DNA from: Rhodospirillales bacterium
GTDB lineage: Bacteria; Pseudomonadota; Alphaproteobacteria; Rhodospirillales; Casp-alpha2
Direction of reading: 5' to 3'
Length of the DNA stretch: 64,000 bases
Assembly (NCBI GenBank): GCA_965222395.1
Contig: OZ244947.1
Location: 3,661,452-3,725,451, forward strand
Part shown: piece after piece, positions 9,331 to 18,309 of the stretch
How positions within the stretch are numbered: position 1 is the stretch's first letter
How the letters are laid out: the number at the start of each line of letters is the position of its first letter
Position numbers and translations under genes: made by a program
The notes under the pieces: model-generated
The model's input: only the letters and a program-made list of their open reading frames with translations
Told to the model about the DNA's origin: nothing
The model's database searches: none

Positions 9331-9744
9331 TTATCCGGAAACGGCGGCGGCATTCACCGCGGCAGCGGCAAGTTTGATCGAGACCAACAAGATGGCGGCC
9401 CCCATTTCGCCGGCCTCAATCCGTTTTGGCAGATCCTGCAAGACCCGGTCTGCGATGCGATACGCGATGATTTGAAGCAATAGTGTAACCGGCCCCCAAA
9501 TCAGGATTTCGTATACGCTGACGCTGGCGGCCATGGCGAAGGATAGGGGGATGGCCAGGCCGATAATCGCGCCGGATAACGATACGGCGGCGGCTGTGTT
9601 GCCGCCGCGGATCAACGCCATTTCATCCCATGGTGTCATCCAAACGTAGACCAAGACGCCCAGCACCAAGAGGCCGATGGTGACCGAAGAATGCAGCATC
9701 AGGATCGGAAAACCGGCAACGAAACTATCGAGAACGGCGTTCAT
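9331..9744 (-). CDS. DUF350-family small integral membrane protein
   Basis: 137 aa with four hydrophobic helices and a DUF350-like pattern (TPWDEMALIRGGNTAAAVSLSGAIIGLAIPL). It ends 8 bp upstream of the S1 protease gene on the same strand. Confidence 0.7.
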   Translation of the reverse strand: MNAVLDSFVAGFPILMLHSSVTIGLLVLGVLVYVWMTPWDEMALIRGGNTAAAVSLSGAIIGLAIPLSFAMAASVSVYEILIWGPVTLLLQIIAYRIADRVLQDLPKRIEAGEMGAAILLVSIKLAAAAVNAAAVSG

Positions 9745-9773
9745 ATGATCTCTCCCGTTTGGGATATCGAAAT

Positions 9774-10700
9774 TTAAGAGTCGGGTTCTTTATCGGCGTG
9801 CGGCATCGGTGGCACTTCTTGGCCGGCATCGATAACGCCTCGGCGGATCGCGCGGGTTCGTTTGAAATGATCGAACAGGACGTCGCCATCGCCGCGCCGG
9901 ATGGCTCGTTTCAGTTCGGTCAAATCTTCATCGAACCGGCCGAGAACCTCGAGAACGGCTTCTCGGTTGTTCAGGAAGACGTCCCGCCACATAGTTGGGT
10001 CACTTGCGGCGATTCGGGTGAAGTCGCGAAAGCCCGAGGCCGAGAACTTGATCACTTCTTGCTTCAAGTCATCGCCTAGGTCGGTTGCGGTACCGACAAT
10101 GGTATATGCAATCAAATGCGGAAGATGAGAGGTGATGGCCAGGACTTGGTCATGATGCTCCGCATCCATAACCTCGACCATAGACCCGGCTTGCTGCCAA
10201 AGTGCGGTAACCGTCTCGACCGCGTCGGTGGCTGTTCCAGCGCGTGGTGTGAGGATGGCCCAGCGGTCTTCGAAAAGTTCCGGGAACCCCGCGTCGGGGC
10301 CCGAGTGTTCCGTCCCGGCCACCGGATGACCGGGTACAAGGTGGACGGTGTCAGGCAAATGCGGCGCCAAGGTTTTGAACACTGGCGCTTTGACAGACCC
10401 CACATCGGTGACGATCGCGCCGGATTTAAGATTTGGGCCGATGGCTATGCCGACATCGGCGTAGGTCCCCATCGGCGTGCAGACGATTACCAAATCAGCG
10501 TCGATAACGGCCTCGGCCGCGTCGAGATGCGAACTGTCACAGAGGCCGAGCGCAACCGCGCGATCCAAGGTTTCTTGGCGACGGGTCGCAACGGCAATGT
10601 GTCTCGCCAAGCCGTCGCGGCGCACGACGTTTGCCAGAGACGACCCGATCAAGCCAATCCCGATAAAAGCTATTTTGTCTACAAGCGGCGAACCCGTCAT
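9774..10700 (-). CDS. tyrC: Prephenate/arogenate (cyclohexadienyl) dehydrogenase
   Basis: It has the Rossmann start IAFIGIGLIGSSLA, the HPVAGTEHSGP block and the TyrA-type C-terminal domain. An ATGA overlap joins it to hisC at 10697-10700. Confidence 0.85.
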   Translation of the reverse strand: MTGSPLVDKIAFIGIGLIGSSLANVVRRDGLARHIAVATRRQETLDRAVALGLCDSSHLDAAEAVIDADLVIVCTPMGTYADVGIAIGPNLKSGAIVTDVGSVKAPVFKTLAPHLPDTVHLVPGHPVAGTEHSGPDAGFPELFEDRWAILTPRAGTATDAVETVTALWQQAGSMVEVMDAEHHDQVLAITSHLPHLIAYTIVGTATDLGDDLKQEVIKFSASGFRDFTRIAASDPTMWRDVFLNNREAVLEVLGRFDEDLTELKRAIRRGDGDVLFDHFKRTRAIRRGVIDAGQEVPPMPHADKEPDS

Positions 10701-11812
10701 GTCGTGGGGTCCGGATCGTTGCGGCCCAGGAACGCGGCCAACGCCCGCACGACGGCCCGCATCTCGTCCTCAAGGCCGATGGAAATCCGCAGGCAATTAG
10801 GAAATCCATAACCATCCATGCGACGGACAATAATACCGTTGGCCTTTAAGTGCTCATCCGCTGCGGCAGCTCCGCGTGTAAGGTCATCGCCAAAGCAGAC
10901 CAAAAGGAAGTTCCCCAGGCTCGGCGTCACATCAAGACCCAGCGCCGTCAACTGTGTTGCCGTCCATTCGCGCCATTGGGTGTTGTGATCGCGGCTCATA
11001 TCCTCGAAAAATCGGTCTCCGATCGCGGCGATGCCGGCGGCCATCGCCGGCGCACCGACATTGAAGGGACCACGGATGCGGTTGAGAACATCAATCACAT
11101 TGGCCGGTGCGTAAGCCCAGCCCAACCTGACCCCGCCGAGTGCATATATCTTCGAGAACGTTCGCGTCATGACGGTGTTCTGGCCGGCATCGACCAATTC
11201 GATTCCAGGTGTGTAGTCATCGACGGTCACATATTCCGCGTAAGCGGCATCAATCACCAACAAGACATCGTCGCGGAGTCCGGCGCGAAGCCGTGCGACC
11301 TCGGATGCCGGCAAATAGGTCCCCGTCGGATTGTTCGGATTGGCGAGGAAGACGATCCGCGTGCGATCCGTGACAGCGTCCAAAAGGGCATCGACGTTGG
11401 CGGTCTTGTCGGTTTCCGGTGCCGTGACAGGCGTCGCACCCGCTGCCCGCGCCGAAATTGGATACATCAAGAAACCGTGCTGGGAATACAGAACTTCATC
11501 GCCGGGGCCCGTATAGGCTTTGCAGAGCAACGCGATCAATTCATCCGAGCCGGCGCCGCAGACAATTTTGTCGGAGTCTAATCCAAAACGCTCTCCGATC
11601 GCGGTGCGTAGCGCGTTGGCACCGCCGTCGGGATAGCGATGCAGCATGGCGGCTTCTTCTGCGTGGGCGGCGGATGCCCGCGGACTGGGCCCGAAAGGAC
11701 CCTCGTTCGAGGACAGCTTGATGATGCGTTCTGCGCCTTCGACGCCGGATTCACCGCCGACGTACGGCGAGATTTCCATGACTCCGGCCTTGGCGGTCGG
11801 GCAGTCGTTCAT
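10697..11812 (-). CDS. hisC: Histidinol-phosphate / aromatic aminotransferase (class II PLP aminotransferase)
   Basis: Internal ATG at 11812 (MNDCPTAKAGVMEISPYVGG...) overlaps the chorismate mutase stop as ATGA. Family motifs are present: LSSNEGPFGPSP, FLANPNNPTG and the PLP-lysine block RTFSKIYALGGVRLGW. The 190-aa upstream extension of the ORF overlaps the chorismate mutase gene and is Arg/Pro-rich with no recognisable motifs. Confidence 0.85.
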   Translation of the reverse strand: MNDCPTAKAGVMEISPYVGGESGVEGAERIIKLSSNEGPFGPSPRASAAHAEEAAMLHRYPDGGANALRTAIGERFGLDSDKIVCGAGSDELIALLCKAYTGPGDEVLYSQHGFLMYPISARAAGATPVTAPETDKTANVDALLDAVTDRTRIVFLANPNNPTGTYLPASEVARLRAGLRDDVLLVIDAAYAEYVTVDDYTPGIELVDAGQNTVMTRTFSKIYALGGVRLGWAYAPANVIDVLNRIRGPFNVGAPAMAAGIAAIGDRFFEDMSRDHNTQWREWTATQLTALGLDVTPSLGNFLLVCFGDDLTRGAAAADEHLKANGIIVRRMDGYGFPNCLRISIGLEDEMRAVVRALAAFLGRNDPDPTT

Positions 11813-12708
11813 GATGCGTCCCCGTTTTTTGCGACATCGCGCTCCCCCAACGGTGTGCCATAACCGCCGAGATGCAGGATGCGCGAGACGCTGGGACCGA
11901 TGCTGTCGCTGAGCCGTGGGAATTGTTTGCCGCTCGGGTCGATGAAGCCGAACGTCTCTATAAGGTAAATCCAACCGGGTGGACGGTTCGGGTCGTGCCA
12001 ATGCTGTACGAATGCCGCCGAAATACCGATTCCGTTGAGGGCTTCCTCGATGCGGCGACCGCCGATCTCGGTGTCCGTTTCGATCGCCAGCAAGGAGCGA
12101 TCCCGCCCGGTCTGTTCTTGGGCATGCGGGCAAATAACGGCGGCTTCGATTCCCTCGCCGCGGATACTGGCGCCCGGCACAAAAGGCAGGCGTGCGATAA
12201 TGCGTGGCGTGTCGTCGGCGTCCGCAACCATGTACCGCCACCATGGGTCCGGATCGTCCCGGCGCGGCCATGGCACGATGCCGACGGAAACGTCCTGGCG
12301 GCGCACGGCCTCGACGATGGCGCGACCAGACTCGTGACGGGTCATTTTCGTGAAAGACCCGTATTGGTCGCGGGCGAGGTCCCAAAATCCAGGTTCATCC
12401 TCGTTCTTGATCACGGCGACGGAAAACGGACCTTCGAAACTAAGTGTGGCGACGATGATCTCGCGCCAAATCCGGCAGAGTTCGCGTTTTGGGAAGTTGC
12501 CGTGGTGCCTCGCTGTCAACCGGTACATCATTTCGGCTTCGCGGGCGGGGCGAATTTTGACCGTTTGGCCTTCTTTGATCGCGCGGACTTTTTCCACCAC
12601 TTCGGTGCGGCGAATCAACAAATCCTGTATCTGTTCATCGATGGCGTCGATTTCCGCGCGCACTGACGAAAGCGCTTTCGTGTCGTTGCTCATCCCGTTG
12701 TCCGCCAT
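11809..12708 (-). CDS. Chorismate mutase (AroQ-type N-terminal domain plus C-terminal PDT-like/binding-fold domain)
   Basis: The N-terminus LSSVRAEIDAIDEQIQDLLIRRTEVVEKVRAIK is a typical AroQ helix. The gene is first in a translationally coupled string with hisC and tyrC. Confidence 0.7.
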   Translation of the reverse strand: MADNGMSNDTKALSSVRAEIDAIDEQIQDLLIRRTEVVEKVRAIKEGQTVKIRPAREAEMMYRLTARHHGNFPKRELCRIWREIIVATLSFEGPFSVAVIKNEDEPGFWDLARDQYGSFTKMTRHESGRAIVEAVRRQDVSVGIVPWPRRDDPDPWWRYMVADADDTPRIIARLPFVPGASIRGEGIEAAVICPHAQEQTGRDRSLLAIETDTEIGGRRIEEALNGIGISAAFVQHWHDPNRPPGWIYLIETFGFIDPSGKQFPRLSDSIGPSVSRILHLGGYGTPLGERDVAKNGDAS

Positions 12709-12775
12709 TTCGAGTTCTCAAAGGCCGCTAGTGATAGCCGCAGAGTGTTGGAAAATCAAAACAAACAGGTTGCAA

Positions 12776-13177
12776 TCAGCTTGTTGCGCCTTGCCCCAAC
12801 GCTGTGGCGATAAATTCCTTAATCAAGTCAAGGATCCGGTCCAACATCTTTAGATCCTGCGCCCTCTGTTCTTCACGGGCGGCGGCTTCGGCTTCGGCTT
12901 GGGCCGCCCGTTCCGCCTCTATTTCGGCATACGTCTTGGCAGGCGCCTCTGCGGCGGCGGTGCTGTTGGTGCAGATCAAGTTATCGCCCTGCAGGTCACA
13001 CACAGCAATTTCACCGGTTTGGGTGTTCAATCGCCAAACCCGGGTCTCGGTGGCCTTCATAATCTGAAATACACCTTCGCGTTCCGTCGGTGCTTGCGCA
13101 GCGATGGACTTGGTGCCCAAGGTGAATGCAGTCAGAACGATCAACGCCCAAGCAAAGTTCCAACGACGACGTGGCAT
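12776..13177 (-). CDS. Hypothetical secreted protein with Ala/Glu-rich C-terminal helix
   Basis: ATG at 13177 is preceded by GGAGG at an 8-nt spacing. It has a signal peptide (WNFAWALIVLTAFTLGTKSIAAQA), two Cys (CDLQGDNLIC) and the segment AEIEAERAAQAEAEAAAREEQRAQ. I recognise no family. Confidence 0.5.
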   Translation of the reverse strand: MPRRRWNFAWALIVLTAFTLGTKSIAAQAPTEREGVFQIMKATETRVWRLNTQTGEIAVCDLQGDNLICTNSTAAAEAPAKTYAEIEAERAAQAEAEAAAREEQRAQDLKMLDRILDLIKEFIATALGQGATS

Positions 13178-13191
13178 GCGAATGACCTCCA

Positions 13192-13899
13192 TTATAAGTC
13201 AACTGGGGCGGCGTAACGGCTGGGATCTGTCAATCCTGCATCTTTGAAGCCTCGCCGTCGTAGAAGGCACGCGTCGCAGGTGCCACAATGCGCACCGTCC
13301 GGGGTCGGGTCGTAACAACTCATCGTCTGCGCGTAGTCGACCCCAAGAATGGTGCCTGCCGTGACGATTTCTGCTTTGGTCATATCGCTGAGTGGCGCAT
13401 GTAGCTTTATCGGTTGCGTGCCTTCGACGCCTTCCTTGGTAGCAAGATTCATAACAGTCTCGAATGCTGAGATGAACTCTGGCCGACAATCCGGATAACC
13501 CGAATAGTCCAATGCGTTAACGCCGATAAAGACATCATGAGAGTTCGTGGTTTCGGCCAACGCCAAGGCGAACGACAAAAAGATCGTGTTCCGTGCCGGG
13601 ACATAGGTAATTGGAATGCCATCACCGATATCGGCGGCGCTGCGGTTTTTCGGTACGTCGATATCGTCGGTGAGTGCCGATCCCCCGAACGCGCGTAGAT
13701 CAATATCGATGATTTCGTGGCGTGATACGCTGGCCCCAGAGGCTATTAGTTCTGCGGCCTCAATCTCGGCGGCGTGCCGTTGGCCATAACGAAACGTCAA
13801 GGCAATCGGCGCAAAGCCGTCACGTTCGGCGATCGCCAGTACGGTGGCGGAATCGAGGCCGCCGCTCAACAACACAACGGCAGGTTTCCGGTCGGACAT
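13192..13899 (-). CDS. queC: 7-cyano-7-deazaguanine (preQ0) synthase
   Basis: It carries the PP-loop [12 protein letters not shown] and the C-terminal zinc cluster [20 protein letters not shown]. Confidence 0.9.
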   Translation of the reverse strand: MSDRKPAVVLLSGGLDSATVLAIAERDGFAPIALTFRYGQRHAAEIEAAELIASGASVSRHEIIDIDLRAFGGSALTDDIDVPKNRSAADIGDGIPITYVPARNTIFLSFALALAETTNSHDVFIGVNALDYSGYPDCRPEFISAFETVMNLATKEGVEGTQPIKLHAPLSDMTKAEIVTAGTILGVDYAQTMSCYDPTPDGAHCGTCDACLLRRRGFKDAGLTDPSRYAAPVDL

Positions 13900-13955
13900 G
13901 TCGATGGCCTCGCAAGACGGTTGAACGCGTCGCTGAATACCACAATGCTAGCAGC

Positions 13956-15041
13956 ATGACGAGTGAAACGCCGCCCTTCGATGCCTTTGCCTTAAAGCAG
14001 GCGATCCGCGACCGTGCGCGCGATATCGGGTTCGATGCTGTTGGATTCGTCCGCGGTGACGAGACGACTGACGATCAAGCCGCATTGGCCAAATTCGTTG
14101 CCGCCGGCTATCACGGCGAAATGGATTGGCTGGCCCGCGATGACGGTCGTCGCGGGGATCCATCGGCGCTGTTGCCGACGGTCAAAACCATCATCGTACT
14201 GGGTGTGAACTATGGCTCCGGAGAGGATCCGATGGCGATCCTCGACCAGCGGTCGCGGGGGGCTGTCAGCGTGTATGCCCGGGGTGCCGACTATCATACA
14301 ACGATCAAGAAGCGTTTGAAGCGCCTGGGACGGTGGATTGCCGATACACAAGGTGCCGATGTGCGTGTTTATGTCGATACGGCGCCGGTCATGGAGAAAC
14401 CGTTGGCGGCCCGCGCCGGTCTCGGCTGGCAGGGCAAACACACCAACTTGATCAGCCGCACGTTCGGATCATGGCTATTCCTTGGCGAAGTGTTCACCGA
14501 TCTAGATCTGCCGCCCGATGCGCCGGACGTCGACCATTGCGGATCCTGTGACGCGTGCTTGCGCGTTTGTCCGACGGACGCATTCCCGACACCGTATGCA
14601 CTGGATGCCCGGCGCTGCATCTCGTACCTGACGATTGAACACAAGACCGCCATCGACGACGATCTTATGGATGCCATGGGCAACCGGATTTACGGCTGCG
14701 ATGACTGCCTCGCGGTTTGTCCGTGGACGAAGTTTTCTAAACCGGCGACGGACCCCGCGTTTGCGCCGCGCATGGAATTGACGGCGCCGCGGCTGGCAGA
14801 CCTTGCGGCGCTTGATGATGCGACGTTTCGCGACGTGTTCAAAGGATCGCCGATCAAACGGACGGGCAGGGATAGGTTCGTCCGCAATGTGTTGATCGCG
14901 ATTGGCAATTCCGGCGATCCGAGTTTGCTGGCCCGAGCGCAGGACTTACTGGACGATCCGTCCGAATTGGTGGCGCAGGCGGCGAAACGGGCCATCAAAA
15001 AACTGTCTGCGGTGACAACTGATCACCAACCCATCACTTGA
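13956..15041 (+). CDS. queG: Epoxyqueuosine reductase
   Basis: Internal ATG at 13956, because the longer ORF overlaps queC antisense. It has two 4Fe-4S motifs ([12 protein letters not shown] and CDDCLAVCP) and the QueG-like block [12 protein letters not shown]. Confidence 0.85.
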   Translation: MTSETPPFDAFALKQAIRDRARDIGFDAVGFVRGDETTDDQAALAKFVAAGYHGEMDWLARDDGRRGDPSALLPTVKTIIVLGVNYGSGEDPMAILDQRSRGAVSVYARGADYHTTIKKRLKRLGRWIADTQGADVRVYVDTAPVMEKPLAARAGLGWQGKHTNLISRTFGSWLFLGEVFTDLDLPPDAPDVDHCGSCDACLRVCPTDAFPTPYALDARRCISYLTIEHKTAIDDDLMDAMGNRIYGCDDCLAVCPWTKFSKPATDPAFAPRMELTAPRLADLAALDDATFRDVFKGSPIKRTGRDRFVRNVLIAIGNSGDPSLLARAQDLLDDPSELVAQAAKRAIKKLSAVTTDHQPIT

Positions 15042-15045
15042 CCTC

Positions 15046-15939
15046 ATGACGTTGCCGCGACACCTTTGCGGTATGCGCAAAACTCTTTTCATCGGGTTGA
15101 CGGTGATCGCCGTCGTGGCCCTTGGCGGGTCGGCGGTCGAGGCGCAAGGCGTCTATCCCAGTATACCGCCGAAAGACATTCCACGCGCCCCAATCATTCA
15201 GCCGGGTCAACAGCTCAAACCCGGTGACGTTTTCCGCGACTGCGCCGCGTGTCCCGATATGGTCGTCGTGCCGGCGGGGATTTTCGTCATGGGGTCGGAG
15301 AAGCAGAAACGTGAGCGCCCCACGCGCGTGATCCGCGTTCGAAAGCCGTTTGCCATCGGCCGCTTCGAAGTTACCCGGGACGAGTGGTTGTTGTGTCTGG
15401 CGGACGGCGCGTGTCAGCACGAGCCGCATGATCACAAGTGGGGAACCGAGCGCATGCCGGTGATCAACGTCGATCACACCATGGTCCACAATTATACGAA
15501 CTGGTTGCAAAAAATGACCGGCAAGGCCTACCGCCTGCCGAGCGAGGCGGAGTGGGAATATGCTGCCCGTGCCGGATCGAAAAAGAACTATTGGTTCGGC
15601 GACGATGTCGGCGACAATCAGGTCAATTGCCGGGAATGTGGGTCGCCATGGTCCGGGATCGGCAATGCACCGGTCGGAAGCTTCGACCCAAACCCATGGG
15701 GGCTGCACGATATGCACGGCAATGCTTTTGAATGGGTCGAGGATTGCTGGAACGAAAACCACGAGGGCGCACCCAAAACGCTTGCCGCAAGGACCGACGG
15801 TGACTGCCGGTTCCGTGTCATCCGTGGCGGGTCATGGTATTACTATTCACGGATGTCCCGATCGGCGAACCGGCAAAAGAACCCGGCCTCGGTCAAGAGC
15901 TACTGGCTCAGTTTTCGGGTCGTACGCGCGTTGCCCTGA
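15046..15939 (+). CDS. Formylglycine-generating-enzyme (SUMF1/EgtB/PvdO) family protein, secreted
   Basis: FGE-sulfatase domain blocks are present: YRLPSEAEWEYAARAG, GLHDMHGNAFEWVEDCW and VIRGGSWYY. The signal peptide begins at the alternative ATG 15073 (MRKTLFIGLTVIAVVALGGSAVEA). Confidence 0.8.
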   Translation: MTLPRHLCGMRKTLFIGLTVIAVVALGGSAVEAQGVYPSIPPKDIPRAPIIQPGQQLKPGDVFRDCAACPDMVVVPAGIFVMGSEKQKRERPTRVIRVRKPFAIGRFEVTRDEWLLCLADGACQHEPHDHKWGTERMPVINVDHTMVHNYTNWLQKMTGKAYRLPSEAEWEYAARAGSKKNYWFGDDVGDNQVNCRECGSPWSGIGNAPVGSFDPNPWGLHDMHGNAFEWVEDCWNENHEGAPKTLAARTDGDCRFRVIRGGSWYYYSRMSRSANRQKNPASVKSYWLSFRVVRALP

Positions 15940-15953
15940 GGCCCCGTCGCAAT

Positions 15954-16586
15954 CTAGCTTTTCGGTGTTAGACGATCCAACTTGCGCTGCATCTCGAGCA
16001 TTTGCGCGCGGAGATCGTCGATATCTCCGTCGTCTTCCTTTTCTTTGGCTGGCGCCGCGCCGCCTGCTTGTCCTGCGCCATTCGGCGGCGTCGCTTCCGA
16101 GCCTCCGTAGAAAGGCGTGAACATCTTCATGGCATTTTCGAACATGGCCATGTTCTGTTTCGAGATTTCCTCCATCTGGCCGAACGGATTAAGGCCGCCG
16201 AAGGCATCCTCCAGGTAGCTCCGCATTTGCTCTTGGTTGCGGGCAAAAGAACTCATGGAATGTTCCAGATAGTTCGGCACCACGGCTTGCAAGCTATCGC
16301 CGTAGAAACTGATCAAATGCCGGAGGAAGCTGATCGGCAGGAGATTCTGCCCCTTCGACTCCTCCTCAACGATGATGTGGGTTAACACTTGACGGGTAAT
16401 CTCTTCACCGGTCTTCGCATCGAATACGGCGAATTCCTTCCCGTCTTTGACCATCTGCGCCAAGTTGTCCAAGGTCACGTAACTTGATGTTTCGGTGTTG
16501 TACAGCCGACGGTTCGCATATTTCTTAATCGTGATCGGCTTGTCGCCACCGTCACTTGCGCCAGTCTGCTTCGGATTTTTAGCCAT
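15954..16586 (-). CDS. phaR: Polyhydroxyalkanoate synthesis repressor
   Basis: ATG at 16586 follows AGGGAGTCGGAG. The diagnostic PhaR N-terminus IKKYANRRLYNTETSSYVTLDNLAQMVKDG is present. Confidence 0.85.
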   Translation of the reverse strand: MAKNPKQTGASDGGDKPITIKKYANRRLYNTETSSYVTLDNLAQMVKDGKEFAVFDAKTGEEITRQVLTHIIVEEESKGQNLLPISFLRHLISFYGDSLQAVVPNYLEHSMSSFARNQEQMRSYLEDAFGGLNPFGQMEEISKQNMAMFENAMKMFTPFYGGSEATPPNGAGQAGGAAPAKEKEDDGDIDDLRAQMLEMQRKLDRLTPKS

Positions 16587-16705
16587 CTCCGACTCCCTTT
16601 TCCCCGCTAAAACCGTAAACCCGATCCTATTGCACTGCAACGAAAAAGACCGTAGCCCAAACGTGGACAATAGCCTGACAGGTCGGAGCTTTGACACCGG
16701 TTCTC

Positions 16706-16738
16706 AGTGCCTTGCGCTTGGCCCTTTGTGCGCTGCAC
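16706..16738. promoter_or_regulatory. TGC-rich candidate PhaR operator region (with the palindrome TTGCACTGCAA at 16630-16640)
   Basis: AGTGCCTTGCGCTTGGCCCTTTGTGCGCTGCAC lies in the phaR / small-ORF divergent intergenic region. PhaR proteins are reported to bind TGC-rich repeats in their own promoter regions; this is from memory and no consensus was scored. Confidence 0.25.
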
Positions 16739-16781
16739 GGTATAGTTGGCCGCGTCTTAAGAGACGACGATGGGGGGTGGC

Positions 16782-17153
16782 ATGAGCGATGATCCGATCG
16801 AGGCTGCGGCTGCCGAAGACGAAGCGCATCGCTTGGCGCGGGAGTACGTCGATTTATGGGAAAGTCAGATCAAAGCGCTCTCGGGCGACGAAGCAATGGC
16901 GCAGATGGTGGCACAAGCTATCACAATGATGAACGCTGGCGCGGCGACCGTTGCGACGGCGATGCGCGACCTGTCGCAGGCCGCGGATCATGATGGATCA
17001 TCCTCAGGCGCCTCGTCCTCTCCCCCTTCATCTGGCGATGCAAAACCTGACGTATCTGAGCTCGCTCGTCGCATTGCCGCACTTGAACGACGGCTCGATC
17101 AGCTGGAGTCCGGCGCTCAAAAAACGCGCGGGCGACCTCGTAAACGAACTTAA
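16782..17153 (+). CDS. Hypothetical small protein, or a displaced N-terminal segment of phaC
   Basis: ATG at 16782 follows GGGGGTGG. Third-position GC is about 71% over 16782-16985 and falls to about 39% over 17037-17150, where the phaC-like frame takes over. See findings. Confidence 0.35.
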   Translation: MSDDPIEAAAAEDEAHRLAREYVDLWESQIKALSGDEAMAQMVAQAITMMNAGAATVATAMRDLSQAADHDGSSSGASSSPPSSGDAKPDVSELARRIAALERRLDQLESGAQKTRGRPRKRT

Positions 17154-18201
17154 CGGTATCGATCCGGACGTTTTCCGGCAGGCGGTCGAGCAAGAAATCG
17201 AACACCGAATTACGGCGTTCGCGACCGGTGTCGAGCGGTTCAAGTCGATGACGAGAAATGACGATTTGCCACCTTTGCCTGTCGTGTGGGCGGCGGGAAC
17301 GACCTCGGTCAAACACGCTGCTGCTGCGGGCCCGCCGATCATTCTTGTCCCGTCGTTGATCAACCGGGCACGTATTTTGGACCTCCAGTCGCGCCGCAGT
17401 TTAACCCGTTATCTCGCCGGGATGGGACTGAACGTCTATCTCGTCGATTGGGACGCACCCGGTGATATAGAGAAGCATTTTACGCTCGATGACTACGTTG
17501 ATCGCCTTTCCGAAATAGTAAAGTTCGTTGGCGAAGAAACGGCCAAGCCGCCATGCTTGGTCGGATACTGCATGGGCGGGCTTTTGACTCTAGCCTTGGC
17601 GCATCGCGCGTCGTCGCCATTGGGTGGACTGGCTCTACTGGCGACGCCGTGGGATTTTCACGCGGTTCAAGCGTCGGCCACCATGGCGCTACGCGCATCC
17701 TTGCCGATCCTCGAGGCGACGATCGATGCGATGGGTGATTTGCCGGTAGACGTATTGCAAGCGATGTTTACCAGTCTCGATCCTTGCGGGACGATCCGGA
17801 AGTATCGGGCATTTGCCGCCGCGGCCGGTGATTCAGATGCCGCCAAGGGTTTTGTCGTGTTGGAGGACTGGTTGAATGACGGCGTGCCGCTCAGCGGGCC
17901 GGTGGCGAAAGAATGCTTAAGGGATTGGTATTGCGACAATGTCACGTTGGCCGGGACGTGGCGAAATGGCGGGATGGCTGTGGATCCCGGAAGTGTCGGG
18001 CTTCCAACCTTGTTGGTGATCCCCAGCAACGATACCATTGTTCCGCCAGCTTCAGCCCTGGCGTTGGCGGAGCGGATGCCGAATGCGAAGGTTCACGTCG
18101 CGGATGCAGGGCATATCGGGATGGTCGCAGGCTCGAAGGCTGAGAGAGAGTTATACGAACCGCTTTCGGCATTTTTGTTGCAGTGCAGCAAAAACCGTTG
18201 A
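16990..18201 (+). CDS. phaC: Short (class III/IV-like) poly(3-hydroxyalkanoate) synthase-like alpha/beta hydrolase
   Basis: It has the lipase-box variant with Cys, LVGYCMGG, a core alignable from memory to PhaC (IILVPSLINRARILDLQ..SL..YL...G..VYLVDW) and a C-terminal ADAGHIGMVAGSKA His block. The start is uncertain: ATG 16990, 16993 or 17038. Confidence 0.7.
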   Translation: MMDHPQAPRPLPLHLAMQNLTYLSSLVALPHLNDGSISWSPALKKRAGDLVNELNGIDPDVFRQAVEQEIEHRITAFATGVERFKSMTRNDDLPPLPVVWAAGTTSVKHAAAAGPPIILVPSLINRARILDLQSRRSLTRYLAGMGLNVYLVDWDAPGDIEKHFTLDDYVDRLSEIVKFVGEETAKPPCLVGYCMGGLLTLALAHRASSPLGGLALLATPWDFHAVQASATMALRASLPILEATIDAMGDLPVDVLQAMFTSLDPCGTIRKYRAFAAAAGDSDAAKGFVVLEDWLNDGVPLSGPVAKECLRDWYCDNVTLAGTWRNGGMAVDPGSVGLPTLLVIPSNDTIVPPASALALAERMPNAKVHVADAGHIGMVAGSKAERELYEPLSAFLLQCSKNR

Positions 18202-18309
18202 AACCGCGGAGAAATTGACATAAGTCATGTCCAACAATGAACCAGGGGTGCTTTACACCCCGGTCAAGGAACGCAACAGGTCAAAAAAACAAATCCAGAG
18301 GAGAGATTT

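Noticed and set aside
13900-13955. preQ1 riboswitch in the queC/queG divergent region (and upstream of queF)
   Set aside because: The region is only 56 bp and lacks the A-rich tail/ACUA-type pseudoknot pattern I associate with preQ1-I/II aptamers. The gap above queF (25683-25762) likewise shows nothing resembling it.
18202-18309. Possible small RNA or structure (GGGGTGCTTTACACCCC) between phaC-like and phaA
   Set aside because: It is a short 6-bp stem in a 108-bp spacer that also has to hold the phaA promoter and SD. No terminator-like U-tract or second structural element supports a separate RNA gene.
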